In this document: piece after piece, positions 1 through 7,574 of the stretch
Numbering within the stretch: position 1 is the first letter of the stretch
How the letters are laid out: each line of letters starts with the position of its first letter
NCBI RefSeq assembly: GCF_005696695.1
Contig: NZ_CP040006.1
Location: 690,001 to 722,000 of the forward strand
Length of the DNA stretch: 32,000 bases
Direction of reading: 5' to 3'
From: Schaalia odontolytica
Lineage (GTDB): Bacteria > Actinomycetota > Actinomycetes > Actinomycetales > Actinomycetaceae
Made by a program: the position numbers and the translations under genes
Notes under the pieces: generated by a model
Told to the model about the DNA's origin: nothing
Database searches by the model: none
Seen by the model: the letters and a program-made list of their open reading frames with translations, nothing else

Positions 1-1
1 C

Positions 2-889
2 CTCCTCGGGGGCCTCGGGCCCCGGATCGTTGGGTCCAAAGACGATGTGGAAGGGCTCGTGGGTGACCCGATCCTGGGGATCTGGAATGCGCATGTAATC
101 CCCGTAGCCGCGCGTGAGCACGACGTCGTAAGCGGCCGGGATGCGCACCGTGATGTCCTCGAAGGGAACGGAGCGGGCCGGGAAGAGCTCGGCCTCGGAG
201 GCGCTCCAGCGGCGAGGATCGCGCGTCGAAAAATCACCGAAGAGGATTGAGTCGTCGGCTGCCTTCTGCGGATTCTCACGACCCTTGAGGGCGGCGCGCA
301 GCCAGCGACGGTACAGCGAGGCCTCGTTGACGCGCAGCGCCCGCATGCCCCAGTGGGCGCAGGCCATCGCCGCGGAGGCCAGCTGGCGCGCGGGCGTGGG
401 CAGACCCGTCGGCGGGTTGGGGATGGAGCGCAGGAACATGAGGCGCGCCCATAGCCAGGTGCCGCGCGACTGGGCGCGGAAGCGGCCGGGGTCGTCCGCG
501 ATCTCATCCAGGACGAACAGATCCACGCCGATCGGCATGCGGAACGAGCGGTCCTTCGCGACCTTCGAGACGAACTCCGAGCCCTTCAGGCCCAGGACGC
601 CGAAGCTGATCGGGTAGTCGGGGTGAGTGGCGGGGGAAGCGATGAAGAACTCGTCCCTGAGGAGGGCGGGAGCCTCGGCGATGAAACGTTCGTAATCCGC
701 CCGGGGCATGCACACGTCCCCGTCGTCGTCCCACGGGATGAAACCCTGGTGGCGCACAGCCCCGATCGCAGTGCCGCCGTAGGCGACGTAACGAATATCC
801 AGGAGTGTGCAGACGCGATCGATTTCGGCCAGGCATCGCTTGGTGACGCGCTGAATGGCTGCCAGGGTTGCGGGCTCTGCTGCGCTCAT
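2..889 (-). CDS. licD: LicD-family phosphocholine (CDP-alcohol) transferase, paralog 1; 3' end runs off the window
   Basis: Absent from the ORF track because no stop is reached before position 1. I translated the minus strand by hand from ATG 889..887 (GGAGA about 8 nt upstream) and got 296 sense codons with no stop: MSAAEPATLAAIQRVTKRCLAEIDRVCTLLDIRYVAYGGTAIGAVRHQGFIPWDDDGDVCMPRADYERFIAEAPALL... The YGGT.(I/L)GA.RH.GFIPWDDD.D block is the LicD signature. It is clearly paralogous to the adjacent gene. Confidence 0.8.
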   Translation of the reverse strand, partial: MSAAEPATLAAIQRVTKRCLAEIDRVCTLLDIRYVAYGGTAIGAVRHQGFIPWDDDGDVCMPRADYERFIAEAPALLRDEFFIASPATHPDYPISFGVLGLKGSEFVSKVAKDRSFRMPIGVDLFVLDEIADDPGRFRAQSRGTWLWARLMFLRSIPNPPTGLPTPARQLASAAMACAHWGMRALRVNEASLYRRWLRAALKGRENPQKAADDSILFGDFSTRDPRRWSASEAELFPARSVPFEDITVRIPAAYDVVLTRGYGDYMRIPDPQDRVTHEPFHIVFGPNDPGPEAPEE

Positions 890-920
890 CAGTTCTCCGA
901 TCGTTTCAGGGCCGTGGGGC

Positions 921-1778
921 TTACAGGCTGTCGGCGTAGGGGCCGAAGTCGATGACGGCGGCCTCGTGGTTGTAACGCTGCTCCGGGGGAGGCAGCTGCA
1001 TGTAGTCGCCGTATCCGCGGCGCAGCAGGGCGTCGTATTCGTTCTGGATCATCACCGTGATGTCCTCGAAAGGAACGTCGCGGGTGGGGAAGAACTCCTC
1101 CTCGCGCACGATCCAGTTCTGCGGGTCGCGCATCGTGAAGTCGGCGTACACGCCCGTGCCCGTGCCCTCGTATCGGCGAACCGCGCGCTCCCACCGAGCC
1201 TGCAGGCTCGCCGGCGTCGCGCGTACCGCCTTCAGGCCGAGGTGCGCGAGGGTCGTCGCCGAGAAAATCAGGGCCTTCTTCCAGGTGGGAGTGTTGATCA
1301 GGTGGGGCCGAGGCGTGCCCTGGAGGAACAGCAGGCGACCCCACAGCCACGACTGGCGCGACATCTCCTGGAAGGCCTTCTCGTCGGCCGGAATCTCATC
1401 GAGGGGCAGGATGTCCAGGAAGAAGGGCATCCGGTACTTCGAGTCCTTGTCCGCCTCGGGGATCAACAGGGTTCCCGGCATGACCATCTTCGTGAACATG
1501 AAGGGGAAATCGTCGCGCGTGCGCGTGTTATCCAGGCGGAAACGCTCATCGAGCAGGGCGGGAGCCTCGGCCAGGAAGCGCTCGTAGTCGGCGCGCGTCA
1601 TCATCACGTCGATGTCGTCATCCCACGGAATAAAGCCGCCGTGGCGGATCGCGCCGATCGCGGTGCCGCCGTAGATCGCGTAGGACACCCCGATGTGTCG
1701 GCACACCCGGTCCAGCTCGGCCAGGATCAGCGTCAGGAGCTTCTGGACCTTACGCAGGTCGGTCTCGGGTGTCGTCAT
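921..1778 (-). CDS. licD: LicD-family phosphocholine (CDP-alcohol) transferase, paralog 2
   Basis: Track ORF 921..1838. I prefer the internal ATG at 1778 (MTTPETDLRKVQKLL...) over the GTG at 1838. Motifs: YGGTAIGAIRHGGFIPWDDDIDVMMTRADYERF, and C-terminal RRGYGDYMQLPP. Lies 31 nt upstream of paralog 1. Confidence 0.85.
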   Translation of the reverse strand: MTTPETDLRKVQKLLTLILAELDRVCRHIGVSYAIYGGTAIGAIRHGGFIPWDDDIDVMMTRADYERFLAEAPALLDERFRLDNTRTRDDFPFMFTKMVMPGTLLIPEADKDSKYRMPFFLDILPLDEIPADEKAFQEMSRQSWLWGRLLFLQGTPRPHLINTPTWKKALIFSATTLAHLGLKAVRATPASLQARWERAVRRYEGTGTGVYADFTMRDPQNWIVREEEFFPTRDVPFEDITVMIQNEYDALLRRGYGDYMQLPPPEQRYNHEAAVIDFGPYADSL

Positions 1779-1840
1779 CAGTCCTCCGAATATGACAAAG
1801 CGGGTGAGCACACGTGCGCTCACCCGCCATTGTCTCACGG

Positions 1841-2809
1841 CTACTGGCCGCTGACCTTCTCCGCGCGCCTGGGAAGCAGGTCACCCCACGAGGGGGTGGC
1901 CGCCAGGACCGTGCCCACGAGGATCACGACGCAGCACACCACCTGGGTGGCCGTGGGCACCGTGCCCTGCAGGACGAGAGCGAAGATGATCGCCCAGGCC
2001 GAGTACGAGATGTTCAGGGCCATGCCGCGCGACGCGCCGATCGCCGACAACGCCTTGTAGTAGAAGAGGTACGAGGCCGTTCCCGCCAGGCCCGCCAGCG
2101 CCACGACGCCCGCCGACAGGTGAGCCAGCGAATGCAGTGTGAAGCCGAAGACTCCGGCGATGGGGGCCACGATGAACAGGTACACGACCGCCGAGGTCGT
2201 CTCGCGGATCTGGAGGGCCACCTCGTTATCCACGGCCTCGTCGCGCATGCCCCACGTGAGGATCACGGCCTCGGACCCCCAACCGATCACGCAGGCCAGC
2301 GCGCCGACCACGCCGAGGATCGCATTGCCGCCCTCGATCGGCTCCGACGTCGCCGACCAACCCGTCGCGACGATGGCCGCGAGGGCGACCAGCAGGGCCG
2401 CGATCTGGCGGGGAGCCATGCGCTCCTTCAAGAGGATGAAAGCCAGAAGGGTGCCGAGCGCCGGGTAGAATGTCGAGATGATCGCGGTCAGGCCAGGGCC
2501 GATGTTGTCGATAGCGATCAGGTAACCGCTCATGCCGATCGGGCCGCCCAGCAGAGCCGCCGCAATCACCGACTTGCCCGGGCGCGTCCGCAGCGCCGCC
2601 CAGGTGTCCTTCAGACGACCACGAACCGCCATGTACGCGAGCAGAATCACGGCGCACGCGACGTCGTGCAGGACCGCGCCGGCGAGCGCCGACTGGCCGA
2701 AGTCGGCAAATGGGATCATGGCCAGTGCGATCGCCAGCACGACCGTGTCGAGGCCCCACAGGACGCCCGAGAAGATTCCGTAACGCTTGCCTCCGTGCTG
2801 AGTTTTCAT
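1841..2809 (-). CDS. licB: DMT/EamA-family permease, LicB-like (putative choline transporter)
   Basis: 322 aa and almost entirely hydrophobic, with about 10 TM segments in two halves as in EamA/DMT carriers. ATG 2809 overlaps the stop of the upstream fusion gene (ATGA). It sits between licCA and licD, as in lic loci. Choline as substrate is inferred from context only. Confidence 0.65.
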   Translation of the reverse strand: MKTQHGGKRYGIFSGVLWGLDTVVLAIALAMIPFADFGQSALAGAVLHDVACAVILLAYMAVRGRLKDTWAALRTRPGKSVIAAALLGGPIGMSGYLIAIDNIGPGLTAIISTFYPALGTLLAFILLKERMAPRQIAALLVALAAIVATGWSATSEPIEGGNAILGVVGALACVIGWGSEAVILTWGMRDEAVDNEVALQIRETTSAVVYLFIVAPIAGVFGFTLHSLAHLSAGVVALAGLAGTASYLFYYKALSAIGASRGMALNISYSAWAIIFALVLQGTVPTATQVVCCVVILVGTVLAATPSWGDLLPRRAEKVSGQ

Positions 2810-4635
2810 GCCAGTTCACCTTCCGTGGAGATCTGAGTGCTCGAGGCGGCCTCGTAGGCTGCGAGCAGGGAATCGAGCGTGCGTGTCGCGTGCGAGTAGT
2901 AGATGTAGAGCCATTCGCCGACGTCGTCGCCTTCGGCCTCCTTGACCAGCGCCCACAGGTACCAGCACCAGCCGGCGAACACCTCGTAGGCGAAGAAGTG
3001 GCGCGCCTCGCGCTCGGAGGGGGCGTGGCCCAGGTAGTACTCCAGGGCGGCGGCCGCGCGCTCGCGGGTCATCTCCGCCGTGCACACGGTCATCGTGCCG
3101 AAGTCGGCGGCCATGTCCGACATGCCCGCGTACTCCCAGTCGATGAGGCTGATCTTTCCGTCCTTGTCCACCAGGAAGTTTGGCGGGAAGAAGTCGTTGT
3201 GCGAGGGGACTTTATCGAAGCCATCCGCGTCAGCGAAGGCCTTCAGCCGCAGGACCTTGTCGCGCAGCTCAAAGTATCCGGGCACGTCGATGGGGCCGAA
3301 GGCCTTGAGGAGGCCCTCGTAGCGCAAGCCTTCGGTGACAAAGTCGAAGGAGCGGTCCAGGATTCGGCCGGAGGTGTGCAGCGCGCGATCCATCTCCATC
3401 GCGGCCTTGAGCTCCTCGTCGCGGGTGACGTCCAGGTTGCGCACGTCGCGCACGAAGCGCGAGATCTTCCAGCCGGCCGCGGGGTCGCCCGTGAGGAAGG
3501 TGTCGTCGATGCCGAGCTCGGCGGCCAGGCGTAGGCCGGCGAACTCCGCGCTGCGGTCCACGATCTTCTCCGTGCCGATGCCCGGGTGGCGGTAGACGTA
3601 TTCGTCGTCGCCCACGGCGAAGTGGCACGACAGGTTCGTGATGCCCTGCTTGAGCGGGTAGAAGTCGCGGATGTCCGACTTCTGGCAGCCCAGGGTGGCC
3701 ACGATGTGATCGAAGACCTCGGAGTCGACGTTCTCCATGAACAGGGGGTCGAAGCTGCGCAGCTCGTCGACCGAGTCGAACTCGTGGATGACCCCGTCCG
3801 GGTAGCGGCGGATCACCATGTCGAAGGACTTGATGTGGTCCAGGTAGATGGACTCCCACAGCTTCGACACCGTCTCGGGCAGGTGGTAGACCTGTTCGAG
3901 GATCTCGCGGAACTTCGCGGAAAAGACGCGGTCGAAGTAGACGTGGCCGAGCATGACCCACGCGTCGGCTCCGCCCACGGTTGCGCCCGTGATGCGGTCG
4001 CCCGGGCCCGTCTTGATGCACCACTCGTCGGTGGGGCCCTCGACGTAGTTCGCTGAGTAGTAGGCCTTGTAGACGTAGGGCTCGAAGGGGTTGGTCGTGA
4101 AGTAGTCGTCCGAAGAGCACACGTAGGTGTTGTCGAGGCGGTCCTTCACGAGCCACAGGGACCCGTTGTTGTTGCGCGTGGAGTACTCGCGGTTGACGAT
4201 GATGTCGACGCCGTACTTGTCGGCCAGGTAGAAGAAGTATTCCTTCTTGTAGCCCACGACCAGCGTGATGTTCGTGATGCCGGCTTCGTGGAGCTGGCGG
4301 ATCTGACGCTCGACGAGGATCTCTCCGCGCACCTTGAGCGTGCCCTTGGGGCGCTCGTAGCTGATGGGAGCGAAGCGCGAGGACAGGCCCGCGGCCATGA
4401 TGACGGCGCCCGTGACGCGGTAGGGCTCGAGGGCCTCGCGGCCCGCGTCGGTGATCGCGCGCTCGTCGATGTAGCCGGCGGCCTCGCACTCGCGGGTGGC
4501 GGTGTTGACGCGCCCCAGGCTCATGCCGGTGGCCTCCGACAGGGCCCGCTGCGTGAGGGGAGAGTCGGCCTTGGCCAGTGCGTTCAGGATGTTGAATTGG
4601 GGCTCGCTGAGCGTGCCGACGTTGGTCGTGGGCAT
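2806..4635 (-). CDS. licCA: Tri-domain fusion: N-terminal winged-HTH + LicC-like CTP:phosphocholine cytidylyltransferase + LicA-like choline kinase
   Basis: 609 aa. Residues 10-60: MarR-like wHTH (LSEPQFNILNALAKADSPLTQRALSEATGMSLGRVNTATRECEAAGYI). Residues 75-300: nucleotidyltransferase (AVIMAAGLSSRFAPISYERPKGTLKVRGEILVERQI). Residues 305-585: choline/APH-type kinase with Brenner motif PSHNDFFPPNFLV and choline-kinase motif LIDWEYAGMSD. SD-like AAAGGTGA lies upstream of ATG 4635. Confidence 0.85.
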   Translation of the reverse strand: MPTTNVGTLSEPQFNILNALAKADSPLTQRALSEATGMSLGRVNTATRECEAAGYIDERAITDAGREALEPYRVTGAVIMAAGLSSRFAPISYERPKGTLKVRGEILVERQIRQLHEAGITNITLVVGYKKEYFFYLADKYGVDIIVNREYSTRNNNGSLWLVKDRLDNTYVCSSDDYFTTNPFEPYVYKAYYSANYVEGPTDEWCIKTGPGDRITGATVGGADAWVMLGHVYFDRVFSAKFREILEQVYHLPETVSKLWESIYLDHIKSFDMVIRRYPDGVIHEFDSVDELRSFDPLFMENVDSEVFDHIVATLGCQKSDIRDFYPLKQGITNLSCHFAVGDDEYVYRHPGIGTEKIVDRSAEFAGLRLAAELGIDDTFLTGDPAAGWKISRFVRDVRNLDVTRDEELKAAMEMDRALHTSGRILDRSFDFVTEGLRYEGLLKAFGPIDVPGYFELRDKVLRLKAFADADGFDKVPSHNDFFPPNFLVDKDGKISLIDWEYAGMSDMAADFGTMTVCTAEMTRERAAAALEYYLGHAPSEREARHFFAYEVFAGWCWYLWALVKEAEGDDVGEWLYIYYSHATRTLDSLLAAYEAASSTQISTEGELA

Positions 4636-4681
4636 GCGATCACCTTTCGTTCATGGAAGCCACTTGGGCGCTACATGTTCG

Positions 4682-4710
4682 AGCGTAGCACTATTGGGCG
4701 GATTTGTGAA
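4682..4710 (-). promoter_or_regulatory. Candidate sigma-70-type promoter of the lic operon (TTCACA-17 nt-TACGCT)
   Basis: Read on the minus strand in the 94-nt gap before licCA. -35 TTCACA is the complement of 4705..4710, the spacer is 17 nt, and -10 TACGCT (TAnnnT) is the complement of 4682..4687. This would give a 5'UTR of about 40 nt. Sequence match only. Confidence 0.3.
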
Positions 4711-4729
4711 CGGTTTGGGTGTGAAGTGT

Positions 4730-6283
4730 CTATCGACGAGGCTCGGGCGCCTTTTCGGGCGAGCGTTGCCACAAGAAAACGGCCAGGCCAATTGCAAGCG
4801 CGCCAGCGAGAGCGCCAAGGATCCACACGGCCATCGGTCCGATCGGAGCCGTTGGCCACCACCACTCGTTCCCCGCGCTCAGGTTCCGCGTCGACAGGTC
4901 GATGGGGTAGCCGTGCTGCGTGCGTCCGAACGCGTAGCGCTCGATGACGAGGTAGAGAGCCCGGGCGTTGGTGAGGGTCCATATCGCCGCCACGAGCCCC
5001 GTGCCTACGCGCCCGGCGATGCTCGTGGGGAGGTGGAATGCCTCGCTGCCCACGCGCCGCCCCTCATCGTTCGCGCGTGCGGGGGAGGGGGCCAGGAGCA
5101 TGAGCAGGAATACCGCGAAGAGCGGCAGCATGTAGCGCGGTTGGTAGGTGAGGACGTTGTTGAAGTGTCCGCGCAGGCCAATCACCACGGGAACACCCGT
5201 GATTGCACCGGCCACCGTGATCGCCGACAGAGCCTTGCGCCAGGACAGCGAACGCAGCGACCAACACAGAACCGCGACGACCACGATGGAGGCGCCGTAG
5301 GACACGGTGCCCTGGTAGGACACGTCGTTCCACCCCGGTCCCAGCAGGTGCCCGACGAAGCCGCGCAGGTAGTTGGGTAGTGAGGACACGTTGAGCCACG
5401 CGATGTGTTTGAGAGAGTATTCCGCCAGTTCGTTACCCGAACCCAGGTGCGAGGCAGCCACGTTCGTGCGAGCCATGACCCAGATGCCCACGACAGAGGC
5501 GACGCATGCCAGGGTTGCCTCGGGAATGATGCGCTTGGTCAGCGGCACCGCGAAGGCCAGGGCGACAGTGACGACGAAGAGGAAGAAGGCGCTGTCGCCG
5601 CGGGACGTGCATGCCAAGACCGCGCCGGCTAGGGCGCAGGCGATCAGGCCCACCCGGCGTTGCCCCACCGAACGGGTGGCGGCCAGTAGCCCAGCGGCAA
5701 ACGCAAACGTGCCCGTCATCGCCCACGACGAGGGGTTCATGCCGGCAACGAAATAGAAGCCCATCGGCAGCCACGCGACCGTCACGGCGACGCTGATCGC
5801 GCGCTTCAGCCCCGAATCCGCCAGAGCGATGATCGCCCCGATCAGGCCGATCGCCAGCAGCGTGTTCACCGTGCGCAGCGCGAGGACCGCGTGGCTCGTC
5901 GAGCGCTGCACGAAGAGGTGGGCGAACTGGTAGTAGCCCCACGGGTAGTTTCCGTCGTCCCAGCGCAGGGTCGGCGCCAGCTCCTCGTCCGAGGCATTGA
6001 GGGCGCACAGAGCGGAATTGTCATGGTCGAAGGCGTAGCAGGTGACGTACTCCTTGGCCAGCGACTGCGGCACCATGACGGCCTTCTCGCCGTCCTTGGT
6101 GGAAATCTGGCAGCCCGTCTTGTCCACCGGGGGAGGGCACCACATGGAGCCGACGTGGAAGTCCTCGTCCGGGGAGGAGCCGACCGGGGACGCCACGACC
6201 CACGCCAGCGACGCCGCAATGACCGCGGCAACGAGGATGAGCACCGCGACGAGCGTGCGGCGCTGCGGGGCGGACGTGGACAT
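4730..6283 (-). CDS. Polytopic membrane protein, DUF2142-like (putative GT-C-fold glycosyltransferase), paralog 1
   Basis: Track ORF 4730..6487 trimmed to ATG 6283 (MSTSAPQRRTLVAVLILVAAV...), which has GAAGGAGG 7 nt upstream. The 68 upstream codons are P/R/S-rich and overlap the GT4 gene end. There are more than 10 hydrophobic segments. PDEDFH follows TM1 directly, and the first outside loop has four Cys. Paralog of 20228..21793. Confidence 0.75.
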   Translation of the reverse strand: MSTSAPQRRTLVAVLILVAAVIAASLAWVVASPVGSSPDEDFHVGSMWCPPPVDKTGCQISTKDGEKAVMVPQSLAKEYVTCYAFDHDNSALCALNASDEELAPTLRWDDGNYPWGYYQFAHLFVQRSTSHAVLALRTVNTLLAIGLIGAIIALADSGLKRAISVAVTVAWLPMGFYFVAGMNPSSWAMTGTFAFAAGLLAATRSVGQRRVGLIACALAGAVLACTSRGDSAFFLFVVTVALAFAVPLTKRIIPEATLACVASVVGIWVMARTNVAASHLGSGNELAEYSLKHIAWLNVSSLPNYLRGFVGHLLGPGWNDVSYQGTVSYGASIVVVAVLCWSLRSLSWRKALSAITVAGAITGVPVVIGLRGHFNNVLTYQPRYMLPLFAVFLLMLLAPSPARANDEGRRVGSEAFHLPTSIAGRVGTGLVAAIWTLTNARALYLVIERYAFGRTQHGYPIDLSTRNLSAGNEWWWPTAPIGPMAVWILGALAGALAIGLAVFLWQRSPEKAPEPRR

Positions 6284-6311
6284 GCGGCGGCCTCCTTCGG
6301 GCGCGGTCGAC

Positions 6312-7475
6312 TCAGAAATGGGCGGCGGCGCGGAACGCCTCGATGTGGACGGAAGCGGCGCGGGCCCACGTGAACTCGTCGGCGCGCGGAATCGCAGCAG
6401 CCCCCAGGGCCTCGCGGCGAGCCGGGTCGTCCAGCAGCTCAGTGAGGGCCGAGGCGATCGAGTCGGGGTCGATGTCGCAGTAGGCAACGGCGTCGCCGCC
6501 GACCTCCGGCAGAGAGGTCAGGCGGGTCGTCAGTGTCGCGGCACCGCAGCTCATCGCCTCCAGGACCGGCAGGCCGAAGCCCTCCGCGATCGAGGGATAG
6601 GCCAAAATAACGCAGCCTGAGAGGAAACCGGGCAGGTCCTCGAGGGGCAGGTAACCGGGGCGCAGGACCGTCAGGTGCTCAGGCACCGAGGCCAGGGCCG
6701 GGTCGATGTCCTCGTCCCACCCCTTGCCGCCGGCCAATACGAGGGCCGGGGGATTCGGGCGATCCGAGACGGCCTTCACCCAGCCACGCACCAGGTTCGG
6801 CACGTTCTTGCGGGGCTCCAGCGTGCCCAGGAAGCCGATGTAGTCGCGGCCCTCCAAGCCCAGCGAGGCCTTGACGCGCTCGCGCTCGGCGTCCGAGACC
6901 GGGTGGAAGATCGAGCGATCCACGCCGTGGTAGGCGACGTAGAACTGCGAGGGGTCTCCGCCCGCGTACTTGATGGTCTCGTCGCGCGTGGCCAGAGAGG
7001 GCACCACGAGGGCGTCCGCGCGGCGAATCGCGCGGCGAATTGCTGCCGTGAAGAAACGCTGCTTGAGGCGCGAATGAGCCTGTGGGTGCGAGAAGAACGT
7101 CGCGTCGTGCAGCGTGATAACGACCGGAACGCCCGGGAACTGCGGAGACGTGTAGTGCGGGGAGTGCAGGACGTCGGGACGGACCTTGCGGATCAGCTTG
7201 GGCAGGCCCGTCTGCTCCCACGCCATGCGCGCGGGGCGGGACTCGAAGCGCTGCGAAATTGGGATGATGCGGGCCGAAGGCAGGCGCGTCGCGAAGTGCT
7301 CGGCGTCGCGCTCCTGGACCGCCATCGTCAGGTCCACGCCCTGCTCGACCAGCTCCGGCACCAGGTCGTCCACGTAGCGGCCGACGCCGCCCAGGTCTGC
7401 GGGGATCGCGGTGCCGTCCAGCAGGACGCGGATCGGATGCGAGTGAGAAACGAAGTGGGCCACGATCATCCCCAT
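6312..7475 (-). CDS. GT4-family glycosyltransferase (RgpA/rhamnosyl- or mannosyltransferase-like)
   Basis: Track ORF 6312..8159 trimmed to MGMIVAHFVSHSHPIRVLLDGTAIPADLGGVGRYV (ATG 7475 or 7469). GT4 C-terminal signature EGFGLPVLEAMSCGAATLTT. The upstream 228 codons are antisense to the neighbouring GT4 gene and are R/G/D/V-rich. Confidence 0.85.
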   Translation of the reverse strand: MGMIVAHFVSHSHPIRVLLDGTAIPADLGGVGRYVDDLVPELVEQGVDLTMAVQERDAEHFATRLPSARIIPISQRFESRPARMAWEQTGLPKLIRKVRPDVLHSPHYTSPQFPGVPVVITLHDATFFSHPQAHSRLKQRFFTAAIRRAIRRADALVVPSLATRDETIKYAGGDPSQFYVAYHGVDRSIFHPVSDAERERVKASLGLEGRDYIGFLGTLEPRKNVPNLVRGWVKAVSDRPNPPALVLAGGKGWDEDIDPALASVPEHLTVLRPGYLPLEDLPGFLSGCVILAYPSIAEGFGLPVLEAMSCGAATLTTRLTSLPEVGGDAVAYCDIDPDSIASALTELLDDPARREALGAAAIPRADEFTWARAASVHIEAFRAAAHF

Positions 7476-7574
7476 TGGGTCGGGAGCAACAACTATTCCC
7501 CTTATCGTATGCCATTTTGCGCTCGCGGATACTTTTGTTACCGCCCCCGCGCGCCCGTGAACTACCCTGGATGT

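Noticed and set aside
855-2060. 401-aa plus-strand ORF, and the similar plus-strand ORFs 141..617 and 1057..1587.
   Set aside because: They are antisense to the two LicD genes and the DMT permease. The similarity between 141..617 and 1057..1587 simply mirrors the licD duplication on the other strand.
3269-4489. 406-aa minus-strand ORF in an alternative frame of licCA.
   Set aside because: It is on the same strand but out of frame with the 609-aa protein that carries the LicC and LicA motifs. The product is extremely R/P/G/H-rich.
6675-7574. N-terminal 300 codons of the 671-aa plus-strand ORF (6675..8690).
   Set aside because: This part is antisense to the GT4 gene 6312..7475 and runs through the divergent promoter region. 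The recognisable GT4 fold starts at MSVNVGMVVEQ (7575).
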